Shown here: positions 23,101-32,344 of the stretch, one piece after another
Layout: the number at the start of each line of letters is the position of its first letter
Position numbering within the stretch: position 1 is the first letter of the stretch
Source: Malacoraja senta
Taxonomy: Eukaryota
Direction of reading: 5' to 3'
DNA: 33,755 nt
Assembly: GCA_038087875.1 (NCBI GenBank)
Contig: JAXLNO010000670.1
Location: 1-33,755 of the forward strand
Made by a program: the position numbers and the translations under genes
Notes under the pieces: generated by a model
The model's database searches: none
What the model was told of the DNA's origin: nothing
What the model saw: the letters and a program-made list of their open reading frames with translations, nothing else

Positions 23101-23864
23101 CAATCCTCCAACAGCTGGCTATTTAAATGCCAGTATGCGGACCCTGCCCGTGTGCGCGCTGGGATAAAGTCCACTCGCACCAGGCAATGGTCCGAGCATG
23201 GCGCCGGCTGCATGGAGGCTGCCGAAACACAAGAGACATAGGCCTTGGACACGTATAAATGATCAATACGGGACCCACCACCCTCAAACCTGTACGAGAA
23301 GGCGTTAGAGTCAGGATGGAAATTCCTCCAAGCATCTACCAGCTCAAAAGAGTCCACCATCTCCCTCAAAGTCTTCACTGCTCCCGGGTCACGCTGAACG
23401 CCAGAGCGATCTCTTGTCTCAAGGGCACAATTAAAATCTCCCCCAAGGAAAACACACTCCCCACGGTCGATAGTATTCAACAACGTGGTCATTTCCCCTG
23501 TTAAGCGCGTCTGCATTGCGCCGATCTTGGGGGCGTACACATTAACGAAGTGTAATGGCACACCATCCAAGCGCACGGCCAGATACAGCAAACGGCCTGG
23601 TACAACCTCCTGCACTTTGAGGATCTCCGGCTGGAAAGACGGGGCCAACAGGAAGGCTACTCCACTCGATTTGGAGCTGAGATGACTCATATAGACCCCC
23701 CCTTCCCACTCCAGGAGCCATGTGGGTTCATCACTAGCCACAGTGTGTGTTTCCTGCAGGAAGCTCACCGCATATCTCCCGTCTCTGAGCACTGAGAGAT
23801 GGTGAAACCTACGGAGAGACCCCCTGCCCCCATTGATATTAAGGCTGGCTATAGTGAGCTTCAT
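20187..23864 (-). CDS. Tx1-type ORF2p: APE endonuclease, reverse transcriptase and C-terminal Cys/His zinc finger (1225 aa, uninterrupted)
   Basis: APE motifs SLNING, FLQETH, VNVYAP, GGDFN, SRID and SDH. RT motifs KSPGLDG, KNWRPVSLL, LDQEKAFDRV, GVRQGCPMSG and AYADD. C-terminal CHFCGEEETVFHVYIEC. Confidence 0.96.
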   Translation of the reverse strand: MKLTIASLNINGGRGSLRRFHHLSVLRDGRYAVSFLQETHTVASDEPTWLLEWEGGVYMSHLSSKSSGVAFLLAPSFQPEILKVQEVVPGRLLYLAVRLDGVPLHFVNVYAPKIGAMQTRLTGEMTTLLNTIDRGECVFLGGDFNCALETRDRSGVQRDPGAVKTLREMVDSFELVDAWRNFHPDSNAFSYRFEGGGSRIDHLYVSKAYVSCVSAASMQPAPCSDHCLVRVDFIPARTRAGSAYWHLNSQLLEDCRFRDSFRQFWVRWRERQGRFLSLRQWWDVGKVYVRQFCQDYARGSTKGRESEIGRLERELLDSEAHLDQTGGASCEWEEYQEKKGALRDLQLRRSRGAYVRSRVQMLHDLDRASPFFFSLEKGRGARRQLVELLADDGSSVTDPESIGASVRSFYRTLFSAGTSSGEAQEVLWEGLPVVCNDVAEHLDDPLTLEELTGALHQLRRGKSPGLDGLTVEYLRAFWDVLGGDYMKVLGESLATGEMPFSWRRAVVVLLPKKGDLHLLKNWRPVSLLSTDYKVFARALANRLGPVLSQVIHPDQSYTVPGWSIQDNIHLLRDLIHLSQGAGQSVAFLSLDQEKAFDRVEHDYLLGTLQAFGFGPHFVAWVRLLYTAAECLVKVNGSLLAPIPFGRGVRQGCPMSGQLYSICVEPFLCLLRRRLTGLALPGPGMEVVLSAYADDVLLMFTDPVDLRRMRECQQVFSAASSARINWGKCSGLLMGGWQVDSLPEEMAGFAWSTTHLLYLGVYLSPAEEGWPANWQELEAKVVARLGRWSGLLGVLSYRGRAIVINQLVASLLWYRMATMVPSSYFITMLQRRLVNFFWGERNHWVSAGVLSLPLEEGGQALVCLRTQVAALRLRTLRRYVYSDYPPKWHVLATYFFRQGRCLQEGSRLPVAGMSRRARRELPGFYREVLKARNLVTFSQGPAPQGEGGVVAVTVGIEERRVHGAIPDELTPAQSELFIGPMARDPPREPAPCNMSRLSEMPSVPFRGAERRVLYRLLLHTLHFLALVFRPDTPWRSVLPPDEGSGPQWRSLYKGVLPLYIGDLGWRVLHKAVACNRYLSRFTDSSPACHFCGEEETVFHVYIECERLQPLFEYLKGLLLKFWLHFSPTLLIYGHPVKRGEGREGGGGLPVGLLLGLAKMAIRGSRQRAVDGRTAVGCLPLFRGYVRARVSLEREHAVSTGTVEAFCERWSPQEVEYIIDKNVNILI

Positions 23865-25963
23865 TTTGAAAGTACACTTGATCTTTTACCCGTCCCCGGT
23901 GATGGATTGGAGCCGCCCCTACCCTTCTTCCCTCTCTTTAGGACCTTAAAAAGCTCTTGGAACTGGCGCCTCTCATTTCTTACTAGCCCCGCCTCATTCC
24001 CCTTCTTCTGAAGGATGGCATGAATGGACTGCATGGGCGCCATCAGGTCCGACCAGCGGTCGACAGCCAACTCCACCTTGTTCCTACTCCCTCTAGTGTC
24101 CTTTAAGAACTTCCGAAGTTCCCAGACTTCGACAAGTTGAGACACGGGGCCGCGGGTGGAGCAGTCCGTCAACTCATTGTCGATGGACTCCGGGTACCCC
24201 TCCTCCTCACACTCAATGTCCGAGCCCGAGTCCAGATGGTTACTACTCTCAGCCACCTCGCTCACCCCTCCCTGTGAGGTGGGCATTCCAGCCACATCAC
24301 ACAGTCCCTCCTCTGTCACCATCCCACCCCCAGGATCAGTGACAGGGGCAGGTACCGGTGCCTCTGACCGCGGCAAGCTTTCTGACAGTTGGCCAGTCTC
24401 CTGCACGCTCCCATCGCCCTCTGTAACCAGATTGGGAACAGTGAACTCAGAGCAAGTCTCCGGGCCTTGCTGTAAGCGGGTCTGTCTGGAGTCCGACCTA
24501 AGGACACGATCCAAAATGATCTTGCCCTCCTCCGCACCCAGGGTATCCGCCCCTGCACCGTCACCCAGAGAGTCCCCGTCCCCCACCACCAGGTGAATCA
24601 CCCCACTGTGTCCCTCAGGGGCCGATGTTACTGGAGTCTCCCCTGCTCCCTCAACCAGTGGGGCATTACACCCCTCAACTGGGCTTGTAGCCTCAACGGG
24701 GAGCTCATGTTGGGGACCCACCCCCTCACCCAATTCCCCCCCTTCAGGCTGCCCCTGGTCATCCACTAAGCTAGCAGACATGTTTTCTGGGGGAACAGCC
24801 CCCAAGAGCAATATATCGCCACTCTCAGGTGGCCCCAGACCTACAGAGGCATCCTCCCCCTCAGAGGAAACTTGCCCTGGGTACCCCACCTCAACAGGAG
24901 GGGAAGGCTCCCCTTCAGGTTGCCCCTGAACTTCAGGGCCCTTCTCTGTATCGGACGACCCATGCCTCCTCCTCTTCGAACCACTGGCGTACGGTGGTAC
25001 GGTGAGCTCCATTGCAGAAGCCTCTACCTCCACATTACCTTCTATCTCAGAGGCGAGCATGAAATTATCTGCTTCCTGGGGTCCCGCTTGGAGGTGATCA
25101 TCTTCTAGGGGATCAGCCTGGAGATGTTTCTTCTTTTTATTGACTTTCCTCCCCTGCTGATGCTCCCAAACCTTCCCATCCACCCTACGCACTTCTCCGG
25201 CATCCACCGCCACAGGTACGGGACATGGGGGTGGTGGGGGGATAGGGGTTGGGGGTAGGGGAGTAAAGCCTTCACGGGCCACCGTGGTAAAACCAGCAGC
25301 CCCAGATGGGCCAGTAGTGCTTTCCCGTGCCATCGTGGTGGAACTGGCAGCCCGGGTCCTGGGACAATTCTTGCGAAAATGCCCCACCTGTTTGCAACCG
25401 TGACAACGCACTTGGCCCGCATTCCAGAACACGCGATAGGAGAAATCATCCACCTCCACCTCAAAACTCCCCTCCGTGTCCATCCCCTTTGCCAACTGTA
25501 TATACACGCGACGCTTGAACGTATATACATGCTGCATCTCAGGATCGTCAAACCTGTACAACAGTTTGGTGAGCCCTGACCGCACCTCCCCCAGCTTCCT
25601 TACATGTGGGAGCAGGAGCGCATCCGGAACAAAAGTGGGAACATTGGACAGAATGACCGGCAAAACGGGACCCCCCCATGGGTCCACCGCCGCGAAAATC
25701 CCCCCTGCTGTTACCCCCCTTTCCAGAGCCAGAGCCACCGCCTGTTCAGTCTTTAGTATAACCACAACCTTCCCACTGACCACCGCGCCCGAGACTATGG
25801 CTTTCTTTCCAACAGTCTCACCCAACGCATCTAGAAAGGCCTTTAAGGGCAGGTTGCTCTTCATGTACATTTTTACACCATATGTGCGCCCCATCAACTC
25901 ATGGCCCTCAGTCTCTGAGACTGCCGACCGCGCGACAGCTGCATAACTCTGAGGGGCCGCCAT
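23861..25963 (-). CDS. Tx1-type ORF1p (nucleic-acid binding, CCHC zinc knuckle), about 700 aa from the first ATG
   Basis: First ATG at 25963 (MAAPQSYAAVA; the ORF-track start at 26089 is not an ATG). Contains VILSNVPTFVP, the knuckle CHGCKQVGHFRKNC, a long Pro/Gly/Glu-rich region and a basic C-terminus. The stop overlaps the ORF2 start (ATGA). Confidence 0.9.
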   Translation of the reverse strand: MAAPQSYAAVARSAVSETEGHELMGRTYGVKMYMKSNLPLKAFLDALGETVGKKAIVSGAVVSGKVVVILKTEQAVALALERGVTAGGIFAAVDPWGGPVLPVILSNVPTFVPDALLLPHVRKLGEVRSGLTKLLYRFDDPEMQHVYTFKRRVYIQLAKGMDTEGSFEVEVDDFSYRVFWNAGQVRCHGCKQVGHFRKNCPRTRAASSTTMARESTTGPSGAAGFTTVAREGFTPLPPTPIPPPPPCPVPVAVDAGEVRRVDGKVWEHQQGRKVNKKKKHLQADPLEDDHLQAGPQEADNFMLASEIEGNVEVEASAMELTVPPYASGSKRRRHGSSDTEKGPEVQGQPEGEPSPPVEVGYPGQVSSEGEDASVGLGPPESGDILLLGAVPPENMSASLVDDQGQPEGGELGEGVGPQHELPVEATSPVEGCNAPLVEGAGETPVTSAPEGHSGVIHLVVGDGDSLGDGAGADTLGAEEGKIILDRVLRSDSRQTRLQQGPETCSEFTVPNLVTEGDGSVQETGQLSESLPRSEAPVPAPVTDPGGGMVTEEGLCDVAGMPTSQGGVSEVAESSNHLDSGSDIECEEEGYPESIDNELTDCSTRGPVSQLVEVWELRKFLKDTRGSRNKVELAVDRWSDLMAPMQSIHAILQKKGNEAGLVRNERRQFQELFKVLKRGKKGRGGSNPSPGTGKRSSVLSK

Positions 25964-26678
25964 CTTTAGGGCGTGGCACAACACACAAAGTATCAGTAGT
26001 TTATATCCAAAGCAGTCTTTCTGCTGTTGCTGCACCTCCACTCTTTTGCAGCAGTTAAATAGTCCTGTGAAGGCTTTCTTGGCAAGCAACAGAAGCAGTC
26101 TCCTCCTGATAAGATAGGAAATGTCCGTGCCAATCCTCCCCGTCGTAAAAAAATGGAGCTTCCTTATGCTTCTTCCTCAGGCCTCCGACTCCTCCCCGGC
26201 TTCAACGAAATCGAAGGCACTGTTGCCGTTCTTACCCAGCCCACCTGGACCGGGCAAGTCGGTGTAGGAGGGAGCTTTCCGATGTTACTGACCACAAACA
26301 CCACTCTAGACTCAGCTCCCACTCGTTCAAGTGTAACTTGGCCTTCCACCAGCCACTGCCGCTCCTACGACTTTACAGATACACGGACAAATCCTCCCTT
26401 ATTAGAGGAATCCTTGAACAAAGAAAGTCTCTGCAGATCGACAAAGCTCTGAACTGCAAAGTCTGACTGCCTTTGTTTCTCCCCGCCAAACAAAACCTTC
26501 TGAAAAGTTCATCAAATCCTCCCCGCCAGCAGAACAGCTCCTCACTTGGCCCCGCTCTGGGAGTAGAAGTGGGGGCGGATCCGGACCGCAACGGCCGTGA
26601 GCCCCAGGCCGAGCTCGACGATCGTTTGCCTGCTTCTGCTGCTGTTGGAGGTGAGACGTTGCGTCGCTCCAGGGTCTT

Positions 26679-26818
26679 GGGCCTGTCCCACTTTGGCCGT
26701 CAGTTACGCGACAGGCCGTTGGCCCGCGAAGATTTCGTTCGCTACAAAAAATATCGGAGCCCCGCGCGATGTCGCGCACAACTACGTACCCCTCCGCGCT
26801 TCTCAGTGGGACCGGCCC
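26679..26818. mobile_element. Degenerate inner MITE (second TIR pair) inside the right arm of the large MITE
   Basis: gggcctgtcccact (26679-26692) and agtgggaccggccc (26805-26818), 1 mismatch. Confidence 0.55.
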
Positions 26819-26936
26819 CGCGCGGCCACACGATGCCCGTGCGCCTAATCGCGACCACGAGGTCGCGTAATTTGCGTGCCAAGGACACGTAAGTGGGACA
26901 GGCCCTATATGTGTCTCGAAGCTGTACGTTGTGTTA

Positions 26937-27182
26937 AGGGTCTGTCCCACGGCGATTTTTTGCAGCATCGTTGACTGAAGTATCAGGTCACCGAAAAAGT
27001 CGCAGCGTGGCGCGGCGTGGCGCGGCGTGACGACGTATCGCCGCGCGGCGTTTCCTCAAGTGTCGCAACATTTCTTTTTGTCGCCGCTGGATTTTGAAAT
27101 GTTCAAAATCTTTCGGCGACCCTGATACGTCAGTCAATGATGCCGGCAGTCGCCGAAAAAATCGCCATGTGGGACAGGCCCT
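26937..27182. mobile_element. PIF/Harbinger-like MITE, related family
   Basis: Ends agggtctgtcccac...gtgggacaggccct. TSD TTA at 26934-26936 and 27183-27185 fits the TWA target typical of PIF/Harbinger. Subterminal ggcgattttt and aaaaatcgcc are inverted. Confidence 0.85.
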
Positions 27183-27632
27183 TTAGAAACTGTGGCAGAG
27201 GAGACAGTGTGGACGTAACTCTGTTCTAACTCCACATCAACCAAACTCTTCAGACACCTCTAATTGCCGGGTTGTGAAGCTGTATCCTTTATACTGCAGA
27301 TACCAAGCCTGTTATCTGAAGTTAGATAAAGTCACATTAAAGTCCCATGTATCTCTTTACCGTTTATCTTAAGTGGCCTCAGTCTTAACCTCTTAATTGG
27401 GAATCAAAGACGTTAGCCAGTGATCCATCAATCACTGTGCTTGCAGATGGGTTCATCCCTGCACCTCGGGGATTTGACGATCCCGGAGAGCAGGATTGGG
27501 AGTGGGGGAGTCGATTGCCAAATAGCACGACACTTAACCCTGTTACCACGTCACCCGCTCGCCCTCCTCTGCCCCCGACTACTGTCCTCCACGCCAACGT
27601 GGGATCTGTTGGCATGGGGGGGGTGGGGGGGG

Positions 27633-27970
27633 GGGCAGGCACAGTGCCACAGCGGTAGGGTTGCTGCCTCACAGCGCCAGAGACCCGGGTTCCATCCTGA
27701 CTACGGGTGCTGTCTGCACGGAGTCTGTACGTTCTCCCCGTGACCCGCGTGGGTTTTTTTCCCCCACGCTCCAAAGAAGTGCAGTTTGTAGTTTGATTGG
27801 CTTTGGTAAAAATGGTAAAAATGCCCCTAGTGTGCGGGATAGTGGCAGCGTAAATGTAAATTGTCCCTACTGTGTGTGGGATAGTGTTAATGTGCGGGGA
27901 TCACTGGTCGGCGCGGACCTGGTGGGCCGAAGGGCCTGTTTTCGTGCTGTGACTCAGCTAAGCTAAACTA
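27633..27970 (+). mobile_element. Near-complete HE1-type V-SINE
   Basis: Head, V-domain, duplicated internal segment, tail gggccgaagggcctgtttt and ctaaa repeats. Confidence 0.82.
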
Positions 27971-28084
27971 ATCACGGCTGGTGATGTCTGAAGAAGGGTC
28001 TCGACCTGAAACGTCACCTATTCCTCCTCTTCAGAGATGCTGCCTGTCCCGCTGAGTTGCTCCAGCATTTGGTGTCTATTTTTC

Positions 28085-28505
28085 CTTCCATTGACTCCAT
28101 CTACACCTCACGCTGCCTCGGCAAGGTCAGCAGCATCATCAAGGACCAGTCTCACCCCGGCCACTCCCTCTTCTCCCCTCTCCCATCGGGCAAGAGGTAC
28201 AGAAGTGTGAAAACGCACACCTCCAGATTCAGGGTCAGTTTCTTCCCAGCTGTTATCAGGCAACTAAACCATCCTACCACAACCAGAGAGCAGTCCTGAA
28301 CTACTATCTACCTCATTGGTGACCCTCGGACTATCCTTGATCGGACTTTGCTGACTTTACCTTGCACTAAAGATTATTCCCTTATGATGCATCTGTACAC
28401 TGTAAATGGCTCGATTGTAATCATGTATTGTCTTTCTGCTGACTGGATAGCACGCAACAAAAGCTTTTCACTGTACCTCGGTACACGTGACAATAAACTG
28501 AACTC
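28085..28505 (+). mobile_element. Rex1/Babar-like LINE 3' end
   Basis: Encodes IIKDQSHPGHSLFSPLPSGKRYRSVKTHTSRFRVSFFPAVIRQLN, then a 3' UTR with aataaa. Confidence 0.8.
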
Positions 28506-29629
28506 AACTCCTCAGTCTCTGATGTTCCATAGAAAACAATCCACATTTGTCCAACATCATAGAAACATAGACAATACACAATAGACAATAGACAATAGAC
28601 AATAGACAATAGACAATAGGTGCAGGAATAGGCCATTTGGCCCTTCCAGCCAGCACCGCCATTCAATATGATCACGGCTGATCATCTAAAATCAGTACCC
28701 CGTTCCTGCTTTTCCCCCATATCCCTTGATTCCTTTAGCCCTAAGAGCTAAATCTAACTCTCTCTTGAAAACATCCAGTGAATTGGCCTCAACTACCTTC
28801 TGTGGCAGAGAATTCCACAGATTCACCACTCTCTGGGTGAGAAGGTTTTTCCTCATCTCACTCCTAAATGGCCTACCCCCTTATTCTTAAACGGTGGCCC
28901 CTGGTTCTGGATGTGACCCCTGGTTCTTGTAGCACATATCCCCTAACCCATGAAACATTCTGGTAAAACTGTTCTGCATCTTGCAGAACATCCTCTTGTA
29001 CAAATCACACTGCAGGAAATACATTTAAATCTCATACAATGTCTGTAGAATGTGAATGTATCTAATGGAGACTCAGGGAACTGCAGGTGCTGGAATCTTG
29101 AGCTAAACGCAAAGTGCTGGAGGAACTCAGCGGGTCAGGCAGCATCTGTGGAGGGAATGGGTACGCAACGCTTTGGGTCGGCACTCTTCCTCAGGCTGAT
29201 TACATTTATCTAATCTGTATCACACACCTGCCAGTGTTTTTTTTTGTTTGGAGATACAGTGCGGAAACAGGCCATTCGGCCCATTGAGTCCACACCAGCC
29301 ATCATAGACTCACAGAGTGATACAGCGTGGAAACAGGCCCATCGGCCCAACTTGCCCACACCGGCTGACATGTCCCAGCTACACTAGTCCACCTGCCCGC
29401 GTTTGGTCCATATCCCTCCAAACCTGTCCTATCCATGTACCGAAAGGTACATGGATAGGACAGGTTTTGTACTGAAAGGTCTGAATGACAAATAAAGGAA
29501 TCTCTCTACCTGTCTTAACTGTCTCTTAAACGTTGGGATAGTTCCAGCCTCAACTACCTCCCCTGGCAGCTTGTTCCACACACCCACCACCCTTTGTGTG
29601 AAAAAGTTACCCCTCGGATTCCTATTAAT

Positions 29630-31150
29630 CGATCATTGATCACCCGTTCGCACTAGTCCAATGTTATCGCAATTTCTCATCCACTCCCCACACACCAGGG
29701 GGAAAGTGCAGGGGGGCCAATTAACCTGCAAACCCGCACGTCTTTGGAGTGTGGGAGGAAACCGGAGCACCCGTAGAAAACCCACACAGGTCACGCGGGG
29801 GAGAACGCACAAACTCCGTACAGACAGCACCCGTGGTCAGGATCGAACCCGGGTCTCTGGCGCTGTGAGGTAGCAACTGTTTTTTTATTTTTTTATTTTT
29901 AATTTTTTTATTTTTTGTTAAATTTTTTATTTATTAGGACATTACATTACAACCAATTACATTAGTACTCATCACGTATATCTTATTACAATTAATGTAC
30001 TCCGTCATTTTTTACACTGATAAAAAGGAAAGGTTGAGATTAAGAAAAAAGAGAAAGTGAAGGTAAATAGTGAAGGTGAAAAACGGGACAACAGGAAAGA
30101 ACAGAGACCCTGTAGAAAAGAAATTAAGAAGAAAGGATTAAGAGATAGACATAGAAACATAGAAACATAGAAAAATAGGTGCAGGAGTAGGCCATTCGGC
30201 CCTTCGAGCCTGCACCGCCATTCAATATGATCATGGCTGATCATCCAACTCAGTATCCCGTACCTGCCTTCTCTCCATATCCCCTGATCCCCTTAGCCAC
30301 AAGGGCCACATCTAACTCCCTCTTAAATATAGCCAATGAACTGGCCTCAACTACCCTCTGTGGCAGAGAGTTCCAGAGATTCACCACTCTCTGTGTGAAA
30401 AAGTTTTTCCTCATCTCGGTCTTAAAGGATTTCCCCCTTATCCTTAAGCTGTGACCCCTTGTCCTGGACTTCCCCAACATCGGGAACAATCTTCCTGCAT
30501 CTAGCCTGTCCAACCCCATAAGAATTGTGTACATTTCTATAAGATCCCCTCTCAATCTCCTAAATTCTAGCGAGTATAAGCCAAGTCTATCCAGTCTTTC
30601 TTCATATGAAAGTCCTGACATCCCAGGAATCAGTCTGGTGAACCTTCTCTGCACTCCCTCTATGGCTATAATGTCCTTCCTCAGATTTGGAGACCAAAAC
30701 TGTAGACCCTAAAGAAGAAGAAAAAAAAAAGAGAAAGAGGAAAAAAAGAGAAAAACAAATACTTTGTTATAAGCATCACGCAAATGGGACATACCAACTC
30801 TCCAGCTTTCATCCCCCTTTACCTGACCTCAGTTTTTTTAAAGTACTTTTGCACCCTATACTTGTAATAATTCTATAAATGCAGACCACGCCAGATGGAA
30901 GTGATATGGTTTACCTGCCAGGAGGAGTCTTATCTCTTCTAGGTGTAATGTTTCGAACATATTTGAAATCCACATGTTTATAGTTGGTATTGGGGCGTTT
31001 TTCCAGAATTTTAGGATGAACTTTTTTCCAGTTATTAACCCGTAATCTATTAATTTCTTTTCAAACACATTTAGTTCAGGGCTATCTTCCGTTGTTCCGA
31101 AGATAATCCATGTGAGGCAGCAACTCTACCGCTGCGCCACCATGCCGCCC
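29630..31150 (-). mobile_element. HE1 SINE split by an L1 3' fragment (29879-31110), itself split by HER1 (~30150-30702)
   Basis: 15-bp TSD tgtgagg[t/c]agcaact at 29864-29878 and 31111-31125. T-rich tail from 29880. L1 C-terminal peptide KKFILKFWKNAPIPTINMW...AWSAFIELLQV*. Confidence 0.82.
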
Positions 31151-31344
31151 TTTCCGCCACTGTTACCGCTGTCCCCTGTTCTCTGTTTCAGTTTCGTTTC
31201 GTTTTGAGATACAGCGTGGAAACAGGACTTTCGGCCCACCGAGTCCGCGCCGACCAGCGATCACCCTCATTACTGCCACTATCCTACAAGCTAGGGACAA
31301 TGTACGATTCTACCTACAACCTACAAGGCTGCACTAGTTCTAGC

Positions 31345-32160
31345 AGTGGAATTAGGCCATTCGGCCCATCGAGCCCACTCTGCCATTCAATCGTGGCTGA
31401 TCTCTGCCTCCCAATCCCACACTCCTGCCTTCTCCCCATAACCCCTGACACCCGTTCTAATCAACAATTTGTCTGACTCTGCCTTATAAATATCCACTGA
31501 CTTGGCCTCCACAGCCCTCTGTGGCAATGAGTTCCACAGATTAAGTTCAAGTTCAAAAGAGTTTATTGTCATGTGTCCCTGATAGGACAATGAAATTCTT
31601 GCTTTGCTTCAGCACAACAGAACATAGTAGGCATTGACTACAAAACAGATCAGTGTGTCCATATACCATTATACCTACCCTGTGACTAAAGAATTCCTCC
31701 TCCTTTCTAAAAGAGCGCCCTTTAAGTCAGAGGTTGTGATCTCTGGTCCTAGACTCTCCCACCAGTGGAAACATCCTCTCCACATCCACTCTATCCAAGC
31801 CTTTCATTATTCTGTAAGTTTCAATGAGGTTCCCGCCCTCAACCTTCTAAACTCCAGCGAGTACAGGCCCAGTGTTGTCAAACGCTCATCGTATGCTAAC
31901 CCCCTATTAATTATTAATGTTTAATTTTTTATGTGTCATTCCTAACTGTCACTGTATGTCATGTTGTCACTTGCGGGCGGAGCACCAAGGCAAATTCCTT
32001 GTATGTGAATACTTGGCCAATAAACGTATTCATTCATTCATGAATCATTCTTGTAAACCTCCTCTGGACCCTCTCCAGAGCCAGCACATCCTTCCTCAGA
32101 TATGGGGCCCACATTTGCTCACAGTACTCCAAATGTGGCCTGACCAGCGCCTTATAGAGC
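31345..32160 (-). mobile_element. HER1/CR1 3' region interrupted by short LINE tails (~31543-31672 and ~31905-32040)
   Basis: [24 protein letters not shown]. The insert at 31905-32040 matches 4525-4633 and ends in (ATTC)n. Confidence 0.75.
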
Positions 32161-32344
32161 AACTCTCCCGGTGCGCCTCCGTGCCATCCCTTACGCCACT
32201 GTGCCGCTGTTGCATGTTCCGTGTTTTCGGGCCTAACCTTGGGGCTGAGATCCCTCCATCCTGGGGCTGGATTTGGACACACTATCCCTTCACTCAGAGC
32301 TAAGAAGCAGCCACCCCACCACCACTCAGTCTGCCTGTGCCTGG

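Larger units (their letters stand above)
20062..26544 (-). mobile_element. Full-length Tx1-clade (L1 group) non-LTR retrotransposon
   Basis: Two long open ORFs, a ~580-bp 5' UTR and a short AT-rich 3' UTR with AATAAA (tttatt on +, 20103-20108). Poly(A) appears as T28 at 20062-20089. Flanking direct repeats are cttggcccccgctc (20048-20061) and cttggccccgctc (26545-26557). Confidence 0.95.
19715..26906. mobile_element. PIF/Harbinger-like non-autonomous DNA transposon (MITE, ~696 bp when empty) split by the Tx1 insertion
   Basis: 57-bp TIRs at 19715-19771 and 26850-26906 (agggcctgtcccacttacgtgtccttggcacg[g/c]aaattacgcgacctcgtggtcgcg, 1 mismatch). 3-bp direct repeat ATA at 19712-19714 and 26907-26909. 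Confidence 0.85.

Noticed and set aside
20237..25946. Many plus-strand ORFs of 60-190 aa
   Set aside because: They are antisense shadows of the GC-rich Tx1 ORFs with no recognisable domains.
25964..26089. N-terminal extension of ORF1 (742 aa in the track)
   Set aside because: It starts at a non-ATG codon. The first ATG at 25963 gives a typical SYAAV start.
26402..26968. 188-aa and 139-aa ORFs as a transposase
   Set aside because: They cross the LINE UTR and MITE boundaries and have no DDE-like motifs.
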